From Theionarchaea archaeon (lineage in GTDB: Archaea; Methanobacteriota_B; Thermococci; Methanofastidiosales; SZ-28-30), in assembly GCA_018992565.1 (NCBI GenBank), contig JACVGW010000003.1:178-64177 (forward strand): a stretch of 64,000 nucleotides of DNA. Direction: 5' to 3'. Shown in pieces: positions 1 through 10,611 of this stretch. Both the position numbers and the translations under genes were made by a program. Position 1 is the stretch's first letter; the number at the start of each line of letters is the position of its first letter. The notes under the pieces are model-generated. The model did not search any database and was not told where the DNA came from. It was given only the letters and a program-made list of their open reading frames with translations.

Positions 1-2
1 GT

Positions 3-740
3 ATTGGAAGTTCTGAAAATTCTCCCACTCACAGTTGTGAAAAACCTCTCCTGGATTCTACTTTTGAAGCAGTGACACTGCCTGGAGGACCTGGTCTCCT
101 GTTCAATGGTATGGCCTATTCTTCTGCAGGAGAATGTGATCAAGATGTACTGGGCCTCATGGAAATTTCAATTCCTGGTTCACCATGGAAGGTGTACACT
201 GAGACAGAATCCCGGAACCCCGTATTCCTGTACGTAGAAAAGGACGATGTTCTTGAGAAGTATTCCAGGAACAATGGGGGAAAGGTGCTTTTTCTGGAGA
301 TCAGGAAAAAGAGAGAAGCGACCCAGACCAGTGGGGGGAAGAGAGGAGGACATGAAGGAAGTCCTGTGACCTACGTGTATGATCCTGAGGATAGAGTTTT
401 GAGAGGGAACGTAGGATTCCCCCTGGATGAATTCCTGATGATGGTATGTGGATTCTTCCAGGAGAAAACTGGAGATCAGGAGGTCGGACAGGTCTGGTAT
501 CTCTATGGAATAACAGAGTTCCCCCGGACTATTTCTGATGTTGAAATCCTGGGTGTGGAAAGCGATGGTACAGTGCACCTTTTCATCTTCTGTGAACACC
601 TGGTGATTCCTGCGGGTGAGTCCCGGGAGGTGAACAGGTCATTCCAGGAGGTCATCATTGACTCTTCATACGTTGTAGTTATTACTGTTACAATAGAGAA
701 TTACGGGGTCATCGACCTCGAGAGTGTGGTTGCAGAATAG
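3..740 (+). CDS. Hypothetical protein, probably 5'-truncated by the window edge
   Basis: The frame of ORF 72..740 is open back to position 3. No recognisable motif; the C-terminus is beta-rich. Confidence 0.5.
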   Translation: MGSSENSPTHSCEKPLLDSTFEAVTLPGGPGLLFNGMAYSSAGECDQDVLGLMEISIPGSPWKVYTETESRNPVFLYVEKDDVLEKYSRNNGGKVLFLEIRKKREATQTSGGKRGGHEGSPVTYVYDPEDRVLRGNVGFPLDEFLMMVCGFFQEKTGDQEVGQVWYLYGITEFPRTISDVEILGVESDGTVHLFIFCEHLVIPAGESREVNRSFQEVIIDSSYVVVITVTIENYGVIDLESVVAE

Positions 741-902
741 CCGCTGGTGTGCTGATCCGGTACAACCCCCGGGGAACCCCCAATGAGAGAGAACAGAAGA
801 GACCACCTCTATGCATCGGGAGTGCTCTGCACCAACAACCCCGCTTTTTTCACGAATTGTTCTAACAGCAAGGTTTAAAAGTTCACGTTTCGACATTTTT
901 TC

Positions 903-1712
903 ATGAAAGTGGCAGCCGTGCTCCTGTGTATCGTGGTGGCATTCTGTGTGGGATCACTGGCATCCGTACTTGAAATGGAGCGACATAACAATCCACTGTC
1001 TGCCCCAGAAGAGGAGGTCTCATACCATGTTCAACTCAACAATGTGTTGCTGCCACTCATTCTCACTCTCTGGATTGTCATCATTCTCGTTTCCCTCACC
1101 AGTAGATCAAAAATAAAGAAGCAGCGGCTGGTGGATGACAGCGTGTCCTGGTTGTCGACACTTGGCCTCGCTCTGGGACTGAGTCTCTTGCTGTGTGTCA
1201 TGTACTTCACCTTCAGGGATCCCAGAACCCTGGAATCCCTCCTCCCGCTGAGAAGGCCCATGAATGCTGACACACTCTTCAGCGAACCGTTGATTATCAG
1301 GTCCCCGACAACCATGGAGAGAGGCATTTACTACATTGGCATCCTGATCCTGGTGTTACTGATAGTTCTTTTAATAGTGGCTTTCATTGCTTTTTCCATG
1401 AAGAGAGGGTATATGAGAACCTCTATTCTCCAGAAAATTGAGAGAGAAAGGAGAAAATCGTTTTCCTTTGACGGATCTCACAGGGAAATTGTGATCAACG
1501 CGTATGGAGCTTCCTGCGATCACCTGGAGACACGGGGATTCTCATTCGATAAGGCAAAGACTGCAACCGAGGTTAAAGAAGATCTGAAAGATTCCAACCT
1601 TGAACAGCTGACCTATTTGTTTGAGAAAGCCCGCTATTCACATCACACAGTCACCAAACAGGATTCTGATCAGGCCCTGGCTTATTACGGGAGGCTGAAA
1701 CATGAAGGTTGA
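903..1712 (+). CDS. DUF4129-domain membrane protein (MoxR operon)
   Basis: Several TM helices, C-terminal LTYLFEKARYSHH motif typical of DUF4129, first gene of the MoxR/DUF58 operon. Confidence 0.75.
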   Translation: MKVAAVLLCIVVAFCVGSLASVLEMERHNNPLSAPEEEVSYHVQLNNVLLPLILTLWIVIILVSLTSRSKIKKQRLVDDSVSWLSTLGLALGLSLLLCVMYFTFRDPRTLESLLPLRRPMNADTLFSEPLIIRSPTTMERGIYYIGILILVLLIVLLIVAFIAFSMKRGYMRTSILQKIERERRKSFSFDGSHREIVINAYGASCDHLETRGFSFDKAKTATEVKEDLKDSNLEQLTYLFEKARYSHHTVTKQDSDQALAYYGRLKHEG

Positions 1713-2088
1713 AAAGCTGTTTGATCTTGTGGGGAGTATCCTGCTGGCGACAGTCATCCTGTTTTTTGTCCTCCTGGTGATGTATTTTTCTTTAAAGGTT
1801 GCTTCAGCAGGAGTTGTGGTGTCTCTGATAGTACTTGCAGCAACCCTGTTCCTCTTGTGGTTCTACTGGAAGGATGTTTCTCCTGCAACCTCTCTCAGGC
1901 CAGGGACGAGGAAGGGACAGAAAGGAAGAATACAGGCTCTGACCAGGGTGATTGAGAGGGCCTCCAGAGGGTATGATGTTTCTCGAGAGCAGGTTGATAC
2001 ATTGATCACATATGTCACAGGAGAAGATATCCATGTTGAAGGAAAAGGAGAGCAGTACCTCAAGAACCTGGAAGAGGTGCTCACATGA
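1702..2088 (+). CDS. Small two-TM membrane protein (MoxR operon)
   Basis: Two hydrophobic helices; overlaps both neighbours, suggesting translational coupling. Confidence 0.7.
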   Translation: MKVEKLFDLVGSILLATVILFFVLLVMYFSLKVASAGVVVSLIVLAATLFLLWFYWKDVSPATSLRPGTRKGQKGRIQALTRVIERASRGYDVSREQVDTLITYVTGEDIHVEGKGEQYLKNLEEVLT

Positions 2089-3026
2089 CAGTTGAGGAAG
2101 ATTGCGCCAGGATCATGGATGAGATCAGTACGGTTATCGTAGGAAAAAGAGATGTCATGGAACATATCTTATGTGCCATTTTGAGCCACGGGCACATCCT
2201 CTTTGAAGACTATCCGGGACTCGCCAAGACATTGATGGCGTACTGCTTTTCACAGGCTCTGGGTTGTGATTTCAAGAGAATCCAGTTTACTCCCGACCTT
2301 CTTCCAGCAGACATTACAGGTACCTACATCTACAACCAGTTGAACATGACCTTTGACCTCAGGAAAGGTCCCATTTTTACCAATGTCCTGCTGGCAGATG
2401 AGATTAACAGGGCACCGCCCAAGACGCAGTCTGCACTTCTGGAAGCCATGCAGGAACGGCAGGTTACCCTGGAAGGTGATACGTACAGGATGGCAGAACC
2501 CTTCATCGTTATGGCCACTCAGAATCCCATTGAATATGAAGGGACGTACCCTCTTCCAGAGGCCCAGCTGGATCGGTTTCTCATCAAAACGTCTGTGGGC
2601 TACCCCTCGAAAGAGCAGGAAATAGAAATCATTGAGCGTAGGAAAGAACGGAAAGAAGACGAAGTTCATGTAAAAAGAGTTGTTAACGCCAAAGAGATCA
2701 TGAAAATGCAGAGGGCATGTGAAGAGGTGTTCATTCATCATGATATACAGCAGTACATTGTCAGTCTCGTTCAGGCTACCAGAGAACATCCCGGCGTGGA
2801 GGTGGGTGCATCTCCGAGGGGATCTCTGGCCCTGTTCAAACTGGCCCGTGCCCGGGCAGCACTTCATGGGAGAGATTTTGTCCTGCCTGATGATATCAAA
2901 GATGTTGTCATGCCAGCACTGCGTCATCGCATCATTCTCAAACCAGAAATCTGGTATACCCGGGTGCATGAAGATACTATTCTGGCCCAGATACTTGAGA
3001 AAATTCCAGTGCCCAAGGTGGAGTGA
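2085..3026 (+). CDS. moxR: MoxR-family AAA+ ATPase
   Basis: DYPGLAKT Walker A variant, RIQFTPDLLPADITG, LLADEINRAPPKTQSALLEAMQE, ATQNPIEYEGTYPLPEAQLDRF. Confidence 0.95.
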   Translation: MTVEEDCARIMDEISTVIVGKRDVMEHILCAILSHGHILFEDYPGLAKTLMAYCFSQALGCDFKRIQFTPDLLPADITGTYIYNQLNMTFDLRKGPIFTNVLLADEINRAPPKTQSALLEAMQERQVTLEGDTYRMAEPFIVMATQNPIEYEGTYPLPEAQLDRFLIKTSVGYPSKEQEIEIIERRKERKEDEVHVKRVVNAKEIMKMQRACEEVFIHHDIQQYIVSLVQATREHPGVEVGASPRGSLALFKLARARAALHGRDFVLPDDIKDVVMPALRHRIILKPEIWYTRVHEDTILAQILEKIPVPKVE

Positions 3027-4279
3027 TACCAGCCATGTACTCCTCCAAGGTTTTCGCTATCCTGGGAATAGCCCTGCTCTTTTTCGTGTTGGGAATCCTG
3101 CTCAAACTGCCCCCTCTCCTCTTCATATCGCTCCCTTTCATGATGTATCTCATACTCTCCTCTGCAGGCTGCCCCAGGGCAGAATTCGTGGTGGAGAGGG
3201 GTGACCTTCCTGCCAGGATGCTTGCAGGCGATTCTACAGCAATCACGCTTTCAGTGAGACTCTCTCAGGGACGTGTTCCTCACCTCATGGAAATCAGAGA
3301 TACAGTGAACACAGGTCCTGACGCATACTTCATGGTGAGAGGAGAACCACTGCTCTCGCTCCAGTACAGAAGAGGTGTAAAGAGAGGATTCCTGGAGGTT
3401 GGTCCCACCACCCTCTGCCTGTCCAACTTCTCCCGCACAGTGTTCAGTATCGCAGAATGTCCTGACTCAGCCAGGGTGACTGTACTCCCCAGAGTGCACC
3501 CGGTGAGAGTCGGGATGTCCCCTCGATTTACCACATCATTTCATGGACCCATTCCTTCACACAAAGCAGGAGCAGGTGAGGAATTCTACGCCCTGAGGAA
3601 CTACCTTCCCGGAGATGGGTTCAGGACAGTAAACTGGAAGGCTACAGCCAGACGGGCAACTCTCATTTCCAATGAGTTCGAAGCAGAGAGGGTATCTGAG
3701 GCCATACTTGTCATAGACGCCAGCAACCATACAGGAATAGGAGAGGCAAAGAGCCTGCTGGACTATGAGCTGGATGTTGCAGCGTCCATAGCCCGGTTTC
3801 TTCTGGCCCAGGGGCACAGAGTGGGAGCTTTCATATACAGTGATTACTTCCACTGGATATCTCCTGGAACTACACATCGGCACTTTATCAAAATGCTGGA
3901 TGTCTTTGCTGCTATTTCCCCTGCAGGGTTCCACAGAACGCAGTATGCTGCAGCCTACGTTTCTGCCTATGCACGCGGTGGCTCCCAGGTTATCATTATA
4001 TCGTCATGTGAAGATCCTGGAGCACTGGATGCTGTGCTGGACCTGCGTGCTGCAGGACTCCAGGTCATGGTGCTCTCTCCTTCCCCTGAGAGCATCGAAT
4101 GGCAGGAAATCAGCCATACTCGCTACGCTGAAGCAGCTCGAGCCCTTCTGCAGAAAGAACGGAGATTGACCTTTTCGCAGCTGAATGCTCTGTGCAGGGC
4201 GGTGGACTGGGATGTATCCTGTCCTCTGGAAGATATCTTGAAGAAGGTGGAACCATGGCTCCGAAACAAGCCACGATAA
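3023..4279 (+). CDS. DUF58 / vWA-like protein
   Basis: GEEFYALRNYLPGDGFRTVNWKATAR signature; directly follows MoxR. Confidence 0.9.
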   Translation: MIPAMYSSKVFAILGIALLFFVLGILLKLPPLLFISLPFMMYLILSSAGCPRAEFVVERGDLPARMLAGDSTAITLSVRLSQGRVPHLMEIRDTVNTGPDAYFMVRGEPLLSLQYRRGVKRGFLEVGPTTLCLSNFSRTVFSIAECPDSARVTVLPRVHPVRVGMSPRFTTSFHGPIPSHKAGAGEEFYALRNYLPGDGFRTVNWKATARRATLISNEFEAERVSEAILVIDASNHTGIGEAKSLLDYELDVAASIARFLLAQGHRVGAFIYSDYFHWISPGTTHRHFIKMLDVFAAISPAGFHRTQYAAAYVSAYARGGSQVIIISSCEDPGALDAVLDLRAAGLQVMVLSPSPESIEWQEISHTRYAEAARALLQKERRLTFSQLNALCRAVDWDVSCPLEDILKKVEPWLRNKPR

Positions 4280-4764
4280 AGACTGTTATCTCCATCACTG
4301 CTTTGGGGATCAGCATACCGTTCTATGCCCAGAGCTCAATTCACGGGGCAGAGATACTCATGGCAGTCTGTCTGGCTGCGTTGATATGGGTGTACCTCCC
4401 ACTCTCCAGGGTTCTGGTGGTTGTATGGGGGGCATTGCTGGTAACGGATATGCTGCTTCTGAGAATGAGTACGTATGCACTTATTTTTGTGGTAGCCTTC
4501 CTCATTGTCCTGTATGAGCTCTGCGATTTCTTGAATTTTCATTCCGTGGAAACAGATGTGCAGGAAACACATGATGAGGTCATGACAGCTCATCTGAAGT
4601 ACATTGCACTGTTATTCTTTGGATGCAGCATTATCCCTGCCATGATCGCTTTGCTGGCCCAGGTTGTTGGATTGCAGATCGGGCAGGAAGCCGCCTTAAC
4701 CATACTGCTCTATGCAGGGATAGTCCTCACAGTGCTGGCACTTGTCAAGCTCATACCTACGTGA
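4255..4764 (+). CDS. Multi-pass membrane protein (last gene of the MoxR operon)
   Basis: About 5-6 TM helices. ATG 4255 chosen instead of 4192. Confidence 0.65.
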   Translation: MAPKQATIKTVISITALGISIPFYAQSSIHGAEILMAVCLAALIWVYLPLSRVLVVVWGALLVTDMLLLRMSTYALIFVVAFLIVLYELCDFLNFHSVETDVQETHDEVMTAHLKYIALLFFGCSIIPAMIALLAQVVGLQIGQEAALTILLYAGIVLTVLALVKLIPT

Positions 4765-6862
4765 TTCTCATTTCCCGGAATTGCCTCACCATTGCAGCTA
4801 TGGCCAGGATGAAAACTGCTGCCACCAGGAGAGGAATCACCAGGTCACCTGAGTCGTCCAGGAAACTCTTGGGCCGCCCCCAGAGTGTGACCATGGATCG
4901 AGATGAAGCATCGTACACCTGAACTACCAGAATGTCCCCGGGTTTCAGGTCTCTGTATCCTGCTCTATCCCAGGGTGAGATGAAGTTCTTGTAGAGGAAA
5001 GGGGTTCCATATTCCCCTGGATGTGTCGTGACTTCATTCAGAATGAAAGGTCCAGGGATATAAGCCGGGAAGAGATGAGCACTCTCCCCAGAATACCAGT
5101 ACATCATTGTGGTAGGGATTCCCACAGATTTCAAATCCATCATACTCTGATAGGTGTGACAGATGCATGCTTCCTCCGTTGGGGATTCCCAGTTCTTGGC
5201 ACTCACAAAAACAAAGAGTCTGTCGCGATCCTCACCATGTTCTTCAATAGTCTTCACCAGAGAAAGCCCGTTTTCCAGGTACTTCTCACGCAGGTAAGTG
5301 TCTTCCCACAGGTTCAGGAGGGTGACCCTCCTCTCTTCCAGGGTGAAGACATTGTGGGCTATGGCAAAAATAGCTGCATTTCCTCGCATCAAAGGTGAAG
5401 ACGTGGATTCCATTGCAGTTATAGTACCATCACGGTTGACCAGGTACTGGTACGGAATATCCAGGAGGTAGTAGAGCTCGTCCTCGCTCATCTCACGTAC
5501 GTTCACCATCAGGTCGGTATCCATAAAATAGTCAAGGAGGGTGACATACGTTGAAAATTCAAGGTCATTTACCCATTCATCCCCCGACAAAACAGTCAGA
5601 TCACTCTCGAAGAGGGTCCAGTCATAGAACCGCTCTCCGTAGATGTCAAGGGAGACCTTGATCAGAGACATATAGGGACTGAGGGTCTCGCAGGGGAAAG
5701 CCTGGACAGTCTGCCACAACAGGTGATACCGATATTTCTCAAATCGGTCCTCATAGACCAGCCCTTCACTGGCGAAGTGGGCAGCTTCAATGGCAGACTC
5801 ATATGTGTCTACAGGTGAAAACTCTGAAAGAACAGCGAGGAACCGAATAACTGATCCATTGTTCTCTGAAAAGTCTTGAAGGTACCCTCGTTCCTCCAGA
5901 TAGGAGGCAAATGCACTGTCAGCCAGAAAGAGATGCGCCACATTTTCCGTGAAGTACGCGTGGCTCTCCTCTACAGGACGAGGAAGCCTCTCAAAAAGAG
6001 CAAAGCCCAGCTGCTGATCCTCATTCACAATAGCACTGAGCGAAGACCATACGCGCCAGGACTCTGTGGTCAGCGGTTTCAGTTCAAGACATTCAAACAG
6101 GTGGGGGTCTTTGTCTATAAGGCGATTGACATAGTGAAGCTGGGCCACATCCGTATTCTCAATAGTCAGAAAGGACTCCAGGTCTGTCACCTCAGTGACC
6201 AGCTGGGGAGAATAGTCATACAGCAATCGCAATTCCTGGAGAGCTACAACTTCTTCATGAGTGAGAAAATCACAGAACCACGTCTTTCCTAAAACCGTAA
6301 GGGAATACTCCACAGGAGCCTCTGCCAGAATCTCCAGGACGGTGACTTCTTCGGCGGTGACAAATGTCTTGAACCACTCGCAGGACAGGACCTGTGAAGC
6401 CACATGCTCGCTCTTCACTGAAATCGCGTAAATGAGGTTGACTGACCTGAGTTCCTTTTCACTGAGAGTATCACCTGTCCACCAGCAACCCATAACACTC
6501 TCTGCCAGGGAAGGATCCAGCTCAGAGAGGTCCACCACAGTCTTCAGGAAAGCTGCTTCATTTTCGGAAACGTAGTCACTGATCCATGCTGCATGGATGA
6601 TCAGAGAAGCAGAAGCAGGGCTCCTGTCTGCCAGTGTACAGATATAGTCCACATACGTCACTTCTGGCGTGGTCCCTCTCCGGGCAGCCCACTTCACCCA
6701 GGGATACTCCTTGATAGCTGCATAGATCTCAGGGTGCTGTGCACAGAGGAACGAGGTATCCTCCTCTTCATGCTGCTGGATACATCCTGCCCAGAGAATA
6801 GCCAGGATAATACACAGTGAAATGTGTCTGACAGGGGGGTCATGACTGCGCATTGTGCTCAT
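4757..6862 (-). CDS. Secreted/lipoprotein with helical repeats, transglutaminase-like domain and C-terminal TM anchor
   Basis: Lipobox-like WAGC; repeated W-x-x-D-x-x-(S/T)-x-x-E units; C-x(n)-GIP...H pattern (ACICHTYQSMMDLKSVGIPT...AHLFP); C-terminal TM plus basic tail. Confidence 0.6.
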   Translation of the reverse strand: MSTMRSHDPPVRHISLCIILAILWAGCIQQHEEEDTSFLCAQHPEIYAAIKEYPWVKWAARRGTTPEVTYVDYICTLADRSPASASLIIHAAWISDYVSENEAAFLKTVVDLSELDPSLAESVMGCWWTGDTLSEKELRSVNLIYAISVKSEHVASQVLSCEWFKTFVTAEEVTVLEILAEAPVEYSLTVLGKTWFCDFLTHEEVVALQELRLLYDYSPQLVTEVTDLESFLTIENTDVAQLHYVNRLIDKDPHLFECLELKPLTTESWRVWSSLSAIVNEDQQLGFALFERLPRPVEESHAYFTENVAHLFLADSAFASYLEERGYLQDFSENNGSVIRFLAVLSEFSPVDTYESAIEAAHFASEGLVYEDRFEKYRYHLLWQTVQAFPCETLSPYMSLIKVSLDIYGERFYDWTLFESDLTVLSGDEWVNDLEFSTYVTLLDYFMDTDLMVNVREMSEDELYYLLDIPYQYLVNRDGTITAMESTSSPLMRGNAAIFAIAHNVFTLEERRVTLLNLWEDTYLREKYLENGLSLVKTIEEHGEDRDRLFVFVSAKNWESPTEEACICHTYQSMMDLKSVGIPTTMMYWYSGESAHLFPAYIPGPFILNEVTTHPGEYGTPFLYKNFISPWDRAGYRDLKPGDILVVQVYDASSRSMVTLWGRPKSFLDDSGDLVIPLLVAAVFILAIAAMVRQFREMRIT

Positions 6863-6865
6863 AGT

Positions 6866-7279
6866 TCATTTACTTGAATGCAATATAAACCCTATGACAA
6901 GCCCGAGAAAGAGAACCATCAGGAGCAGGATGGAATACACCATTGACCACCCCAGTGCACTGAACAGCACAGGCTCCAGGGCAGGGTTGATCCCCATGAA
7001 GGATGGTATGCTGTAAAGCAGGGCAGTGAGCACAAAGGTCACAAGGACTATTGCCAGGCAGACGAGAAAGGATTTCCTGATATCCTTTACGATGAGGACT
7101 GTCAGGTACCCCAGAATGAGACCTGATCCAAATAGGAACGACATATTGAAAGAGGGAAACGTAGTTATCCGCTCCAGCATCAAGAAAATGGTAAAGGAAG
7201 AAAGAATGAATGCAGCAAGGAGGATAAAGACAATGTGTTGTAGCACGCTTTTCTTGTCCTCAATGACCAGGGATATCAT
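6866..7279 (-). CDS. Four-TM membrane protein
   Basis: Hydrophobic ORF coupled to neighbours downstream of the opp operon. Confidence 0.7.
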   Translation of the reverse strand: MISLVIEDKKSVLQHIVFILLAAFILSSFTIFLMLERITTFPSFNMSFLFGSGLILGYLTVLIVKDIRKSFLVCLAIVLVTFVLTALLYSIPSFMGINPALEPVLFSALGWSMVYSILLLMVLFLGLVIGFILHSSK

Positions 7280-7752
7280 TCCATCACCCAGTATTCAACT
7301 GTGCTGGTATTCAAACGGAGTCCTTTGAAGGGAAGTTCCAGGACTATTTCAAGCTCCATCATCCATATCATCTTACCGAACTCTCTGGCCTCGTAAACGT
7401 ATTCCATAGGATACTGGTGGATATCTCCCGAGAACTGGACAACAGTCTCGCCAGGAGGTAATGTCTGGGTGTGGTAGAGTGCGTCTGATTTTATGAACCG
7501 TCCATTAACGTACAGGAGATACCGAATCTGAAACGTTCTCAGGACCACAGACGAGGGATTGATACACTTGAGCCTCACAGTCAATTCTCCCTGGTTCCCT
7601 TTTTCCTTGAGTTCCAGGCCTATCAGTTCATACTCCATACCGTGTGAAGCCTCGGCGGCCTGAACGTACCGCACAAGCGTCGTATAGAGAAATCCTCCAC
7701 TGATCAGCGCCCAGAAAAGTAAAAGAAGGAGGATAGCATTCTCTCTCTTCAT
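7276..7752 (-). CDS. Membrane-anchored LEA_2/WHy-like beta-sandwich protein
   Basis: N-terminal TM and pattern LTVRLKCINPS...IRYLLYVNG...LPPG. Confidence 0.6.
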   Translation of the reverse strand: MKRENAILLLLLFWALISGGFLYTTLVRYVQAAEASHGMEYELIGLELKEKGNQGELTVRLKCINPSSVVLRTFQIRYLLYVNGRFIKSDALYHTQTLPPGETVVQFSGDIHQYPMEYVYEAREFGKMIWMMELEIVLELPFKGLRLNTSTVEYWVME

Positions 7753-7753
7753 A

Positions 7754-8722
7754 CTACCCCCTCTGGAAACACGCAACCCAGTGACCGTTTTCCACCTCTG
7801 TCAGGACAGGATCCTGTTGAGTACATATTTCTTTTGCATATTCGCATCGTGGTGCAAATCGACACCCGGGAGGCGGATTGATGGGAGTAGGGACACGCCC
7901 CCGTAACTCTATCCGCTCTCTCTTCTCCTTGGGATCGGGCACAGGTACAGCAGATAGAAGTGCCTTGGTGTAGGGGTGGTAAGGATTTCCAATGAGCTCT
8001 TCTGTTTCTGCCAGTTCCACCATTTTTCCCACGTACATGATGGCAACCCTGTTGCACATGTACCTCGCCACTGCCAGATCATGTGTGACAAAAACCAGCG
8101 TCAGGTTGAACCGCTCCTTCAACTCCAGGAGAAGGTTCATAACCCCTGCTCTGATAGACACATCCAGCATGGACATGGGCTCGTCTGCCACAATAAACTC
8201 AGGGTTGATCACCAGTGCTCGTGCCACTGCGATCCTCTGCCTCTGTCCTCCGCTGAGTTCATGAGGAAATCGGAAGATGAAATCCTCAGGCGGGTTCAGG
8301 TCTACAGTCTTTAGCGCATTGGCCACCAGCTCTTCTCGTTCTTCAGGGGTTCCAATGTCCTGGATAATCAGAGGCTCTGCTATAGTATCCATTATAGAGA
8401 ACCGGGGGTTTAGAGATTCATAGGGGTCCTGGAATATCATCTGCACATTCTTCCTGAATTCCTTGAGGGCAGACCCTTTCAAGTACGCTATGTCCTCTCC
8501 TTTGAAGTAAATGTGTCCTTCAGTAGGGTCAATCAATCGGACCAGGAGCTTTCCACAGGTGGTCTTTCCACATCCGGATTCCCCCGCCAGACCGAAGCTC
8601 TCTCCTTTTTCTATCTGAAAAGAAACATCTTCTACTGCATGAACAAAGTTCTGCTGTTTCTGGAAGAGACCTCCCTTGAGGGCGAATAATTTTGTCAGGT
8701 TTTGAACATCTAGTAACGGCAT
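7754..8722 (-). CDS. oppF: Oligopeptide ABC transporter ATP-binding subunit
   Basis: [25 protein letters not shown]-terminal GCRFAPRC...VAC. Confidence 0.95.
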   Translation of the reverse strand: MPLLDVQNLTKLFALKGGLFQKQQNFVHAVEDVSFQIEKGESFGLAGESGCGKTTCGKLLVRLIDPTEGHIYFKGEDIAYLKGSALKEFRKNVQMIFQDPYESLNPRFSIMDTIAEPLIIQDIGTPEEREELVANALKTVDLNPPEDFIFRFPHELSGGQRQRIAVARALVINPEFIVADEPMSMLDVSIRAGVMNLLLELKERFNLTLVFVTHDLAVARYMCNRVAIMYVGKMVELAETEELIGNPYHPYTKALLSAVPVPDPKEKRERIELRGRVPTPINPPPGCRFAPRCEYAKEICTQQDPVLTEVENGHWVACFQRG

Positions 8723-8726
8723 TGGA

Positions 8727-9695
8727 TCACCTCAATGATAATTCTCCCGCATAATGACATGCTGCGTAGTGCCTCTCCTTGAATTCCTTGAAGACGGGCA
8801 CTTCTTCCTTGCACAGTCTCTGGGCGTAGGGACAGCGGGTATGGAACCTACATCCTGTGGGTGGGTTGAGCAGGTTAGGCGGTTCTCCTGGAATGGGGGT
8901 CAGCTTCTTTAAAGGTCCTTTAATACTGGGGAACGAGGAGAGCAGCCCATGGGTATACGGATGAAGGGGAGATGCGAACAGTGTAACAGAATCTGCATAC
9001 TCCACCACATTCCCTGCATACATGACAGCTATTCGCTCGCAGGTTTCAGCAATCACCGAGATGTCATGAGAAATGTACATCATGGTCATGTTGAGCTTGG
9101 CCTGTATTTTCTTGATTTCCTTTATGATGCTATCCTGGACAATCACATCCAGGGCAGTAGTGGGTTCGTCCGCAATGATCATGTCGGGATCACATGCCAG
9201 GGCCATGGCGATGATGGCCCGCTGCTTCATTCCTCCACTGTACTCATGGGGAAAGTTCTCTGCTCGTTCTGGGGACATACCAACCAGCTCATACAGTCGA
9301 GCTACCCGCTCATGTGCTTCTTCTTTGGTAACATCCTCGTGGATCATGATGGCTTCCACAATCTGATCTCCCACCTTGTACACTGGGTTGAGAGCATTCA
9401 TGGCAGCCTGGAAAATCATGGATATTCCATTCCACCTGACAGCCCTCATCTCGTCTTCAGATTTGGGGACCAGATCTTCTCCTTTGAACAGAATCTCTCC
9501 ATCCAGTATGCGTCCATTGTCAGGAAGAAGCTTCAGTATAGAGATTCCTATGGACGTCTTTCCACATCCAGATTCGCCCACCAGTCCTACAGATTCTCCC
9601 TTCCCGATTTCAAGAGAAACTCCCTCTACCGCTTTCACATCTCCTTTTTTGGTAGAAAAGTACATTCTTAGGTTATTGACTTCGAGAATCTTCAC
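8727..9695 (-). CDS. oppD: Oligopeptide ABC transporter ATP-binding subunit
   Basis: [37 protein letters not shown]. Confidence 0.95.
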   Translation of the reverse strand: MKILEVNNLRMYFSTKKGDVKAVEGVSLEIGKGESVGLVGESGCGKTSIGISILKLLPDNGRILDGEILFKGEDLVPKSEDEMRAVRWNGISMIFQAAMNALNPVYKVGDQIVEAIMIHEDVTKEEAHERVARLYELVGMSPERAENFPHEYSGGMKQRAIIAMALACDPDMIIADEPTTALDVIVQDSIIKEIKKIQAKLNMTMMYISHDISVIAETCERIAVMYAGNVVEYADSVTLFASPLHPYTHGLLSSFPSIKGPLKKLTPIPGEPPNLLNPPTGCRFHTRCPYAQRLCKEEVPVFKEFKERHYAACHYAGELSLR

Positions 9696-9699
9696 CGGA

Positions 9700-10611
9700 T
9701 CACCTTTTTCTCAATCTCGGATTGACGATTTCATCCACTGCTCTTCCAATGAGGTAAAATGAAAGCGTCATCATTGTGATGCACAACCCAGGGGGAAGCA
9801 TCCAGTACCAGGTGAATGTGCTCCCTGTTGTCCTGCACCACTGGAGCATGATACCCCAGCTCACCCGTGTGGGATCTCCCAGTCCCAGGTAGGAAACACC
9901 TGCTTCAGTCAGGATTGCACCCAGGACCAGGAAGCTCATGTACAGGAAACTGAGGGGGAGTACATTTGGACCGATGTGACGGAAAATGATTCGTGCATCA
10001 GTAGCTCCCGCCACCCGGGCTGCTTCCACAAAGGGCCTCTGCTTCAGAGACAGTGTTTGAGAACGGATAACCCTTGATATGCCTCCCCATGAAAGCAGAG
10101 CAATAATGAGCACCAGAACCCAGATGCTCTGCTTACCCACCGCTGCTGATACGACAATAATCAGAGGCAGGAAAGGCAGGGTCAGCACAATATCCACCGT
10201 CCTCATGAGCAGTGTATCTGTTGCACCTCCATAGTATCCAGACACCAGCCCCACTGTGGTTCCAATGGCAACTGCTACCACAGCCGCAGTCAGGCCAATG
10301 AGAAACGCAATCTGGGCCCCTGACATGAGCTGAGATAGAATGTCCCTGCCCCAGAAGTCCGTTCCCAGAAGATGGGTTGTAGAAGGAGGAGACTTGGAGA
10401 CAATATAGGGGTCAAATCCAGTCATGGGGTGATAAATAGGATCTATGTGGGGCATCACAAACCCGAGAAGGGCAAACACAAGGAAGAAAATAAGGAACCC
10501 AATTCCCACCAGTCCAATCTTGTTCTCTTTGTACATTTCCCAGCTCTTTTTCCATTGCTGGATGCGTGCTTCCCACTTGGTTCTTGGTTTTTGTTCGTCC
10601 ATTCTAACCAC
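9700..10611 (-). CDS. oppC: Oligopeptide ABC transporter permease
   Basis: HLLGTDFWGRD and EAA loop FVEAARVAGA. Confidence 0.95.
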   Translation of the reverse strand: MVRMDEQKPRTKWEARIQQWKKSWEMYKENKIGLVGIGFLIFFLVFALLGFVMPHIDPIYHPMTGFDPYIVSKSPPSTTHLLGTDFWGRDILSQLMSGAQIAFLIGLTAAVVAVAIGTTVGLVSGYYGGATDTLLMRTVDIVLTLPFLPLIIVVSAAVGKQSIWVLVLIIALLSWGGISRVIRSQTLSLKQRPFVEAARVAGATDARIIFRHIGPNVLPLSFLYMSFLVLGAILTEAGVSYLGLGDPTRVSWGIMLQWCRTTGSTFTWYWMLPPGLCITMMTLSFYLIGRAVDEIVNPRLRKR

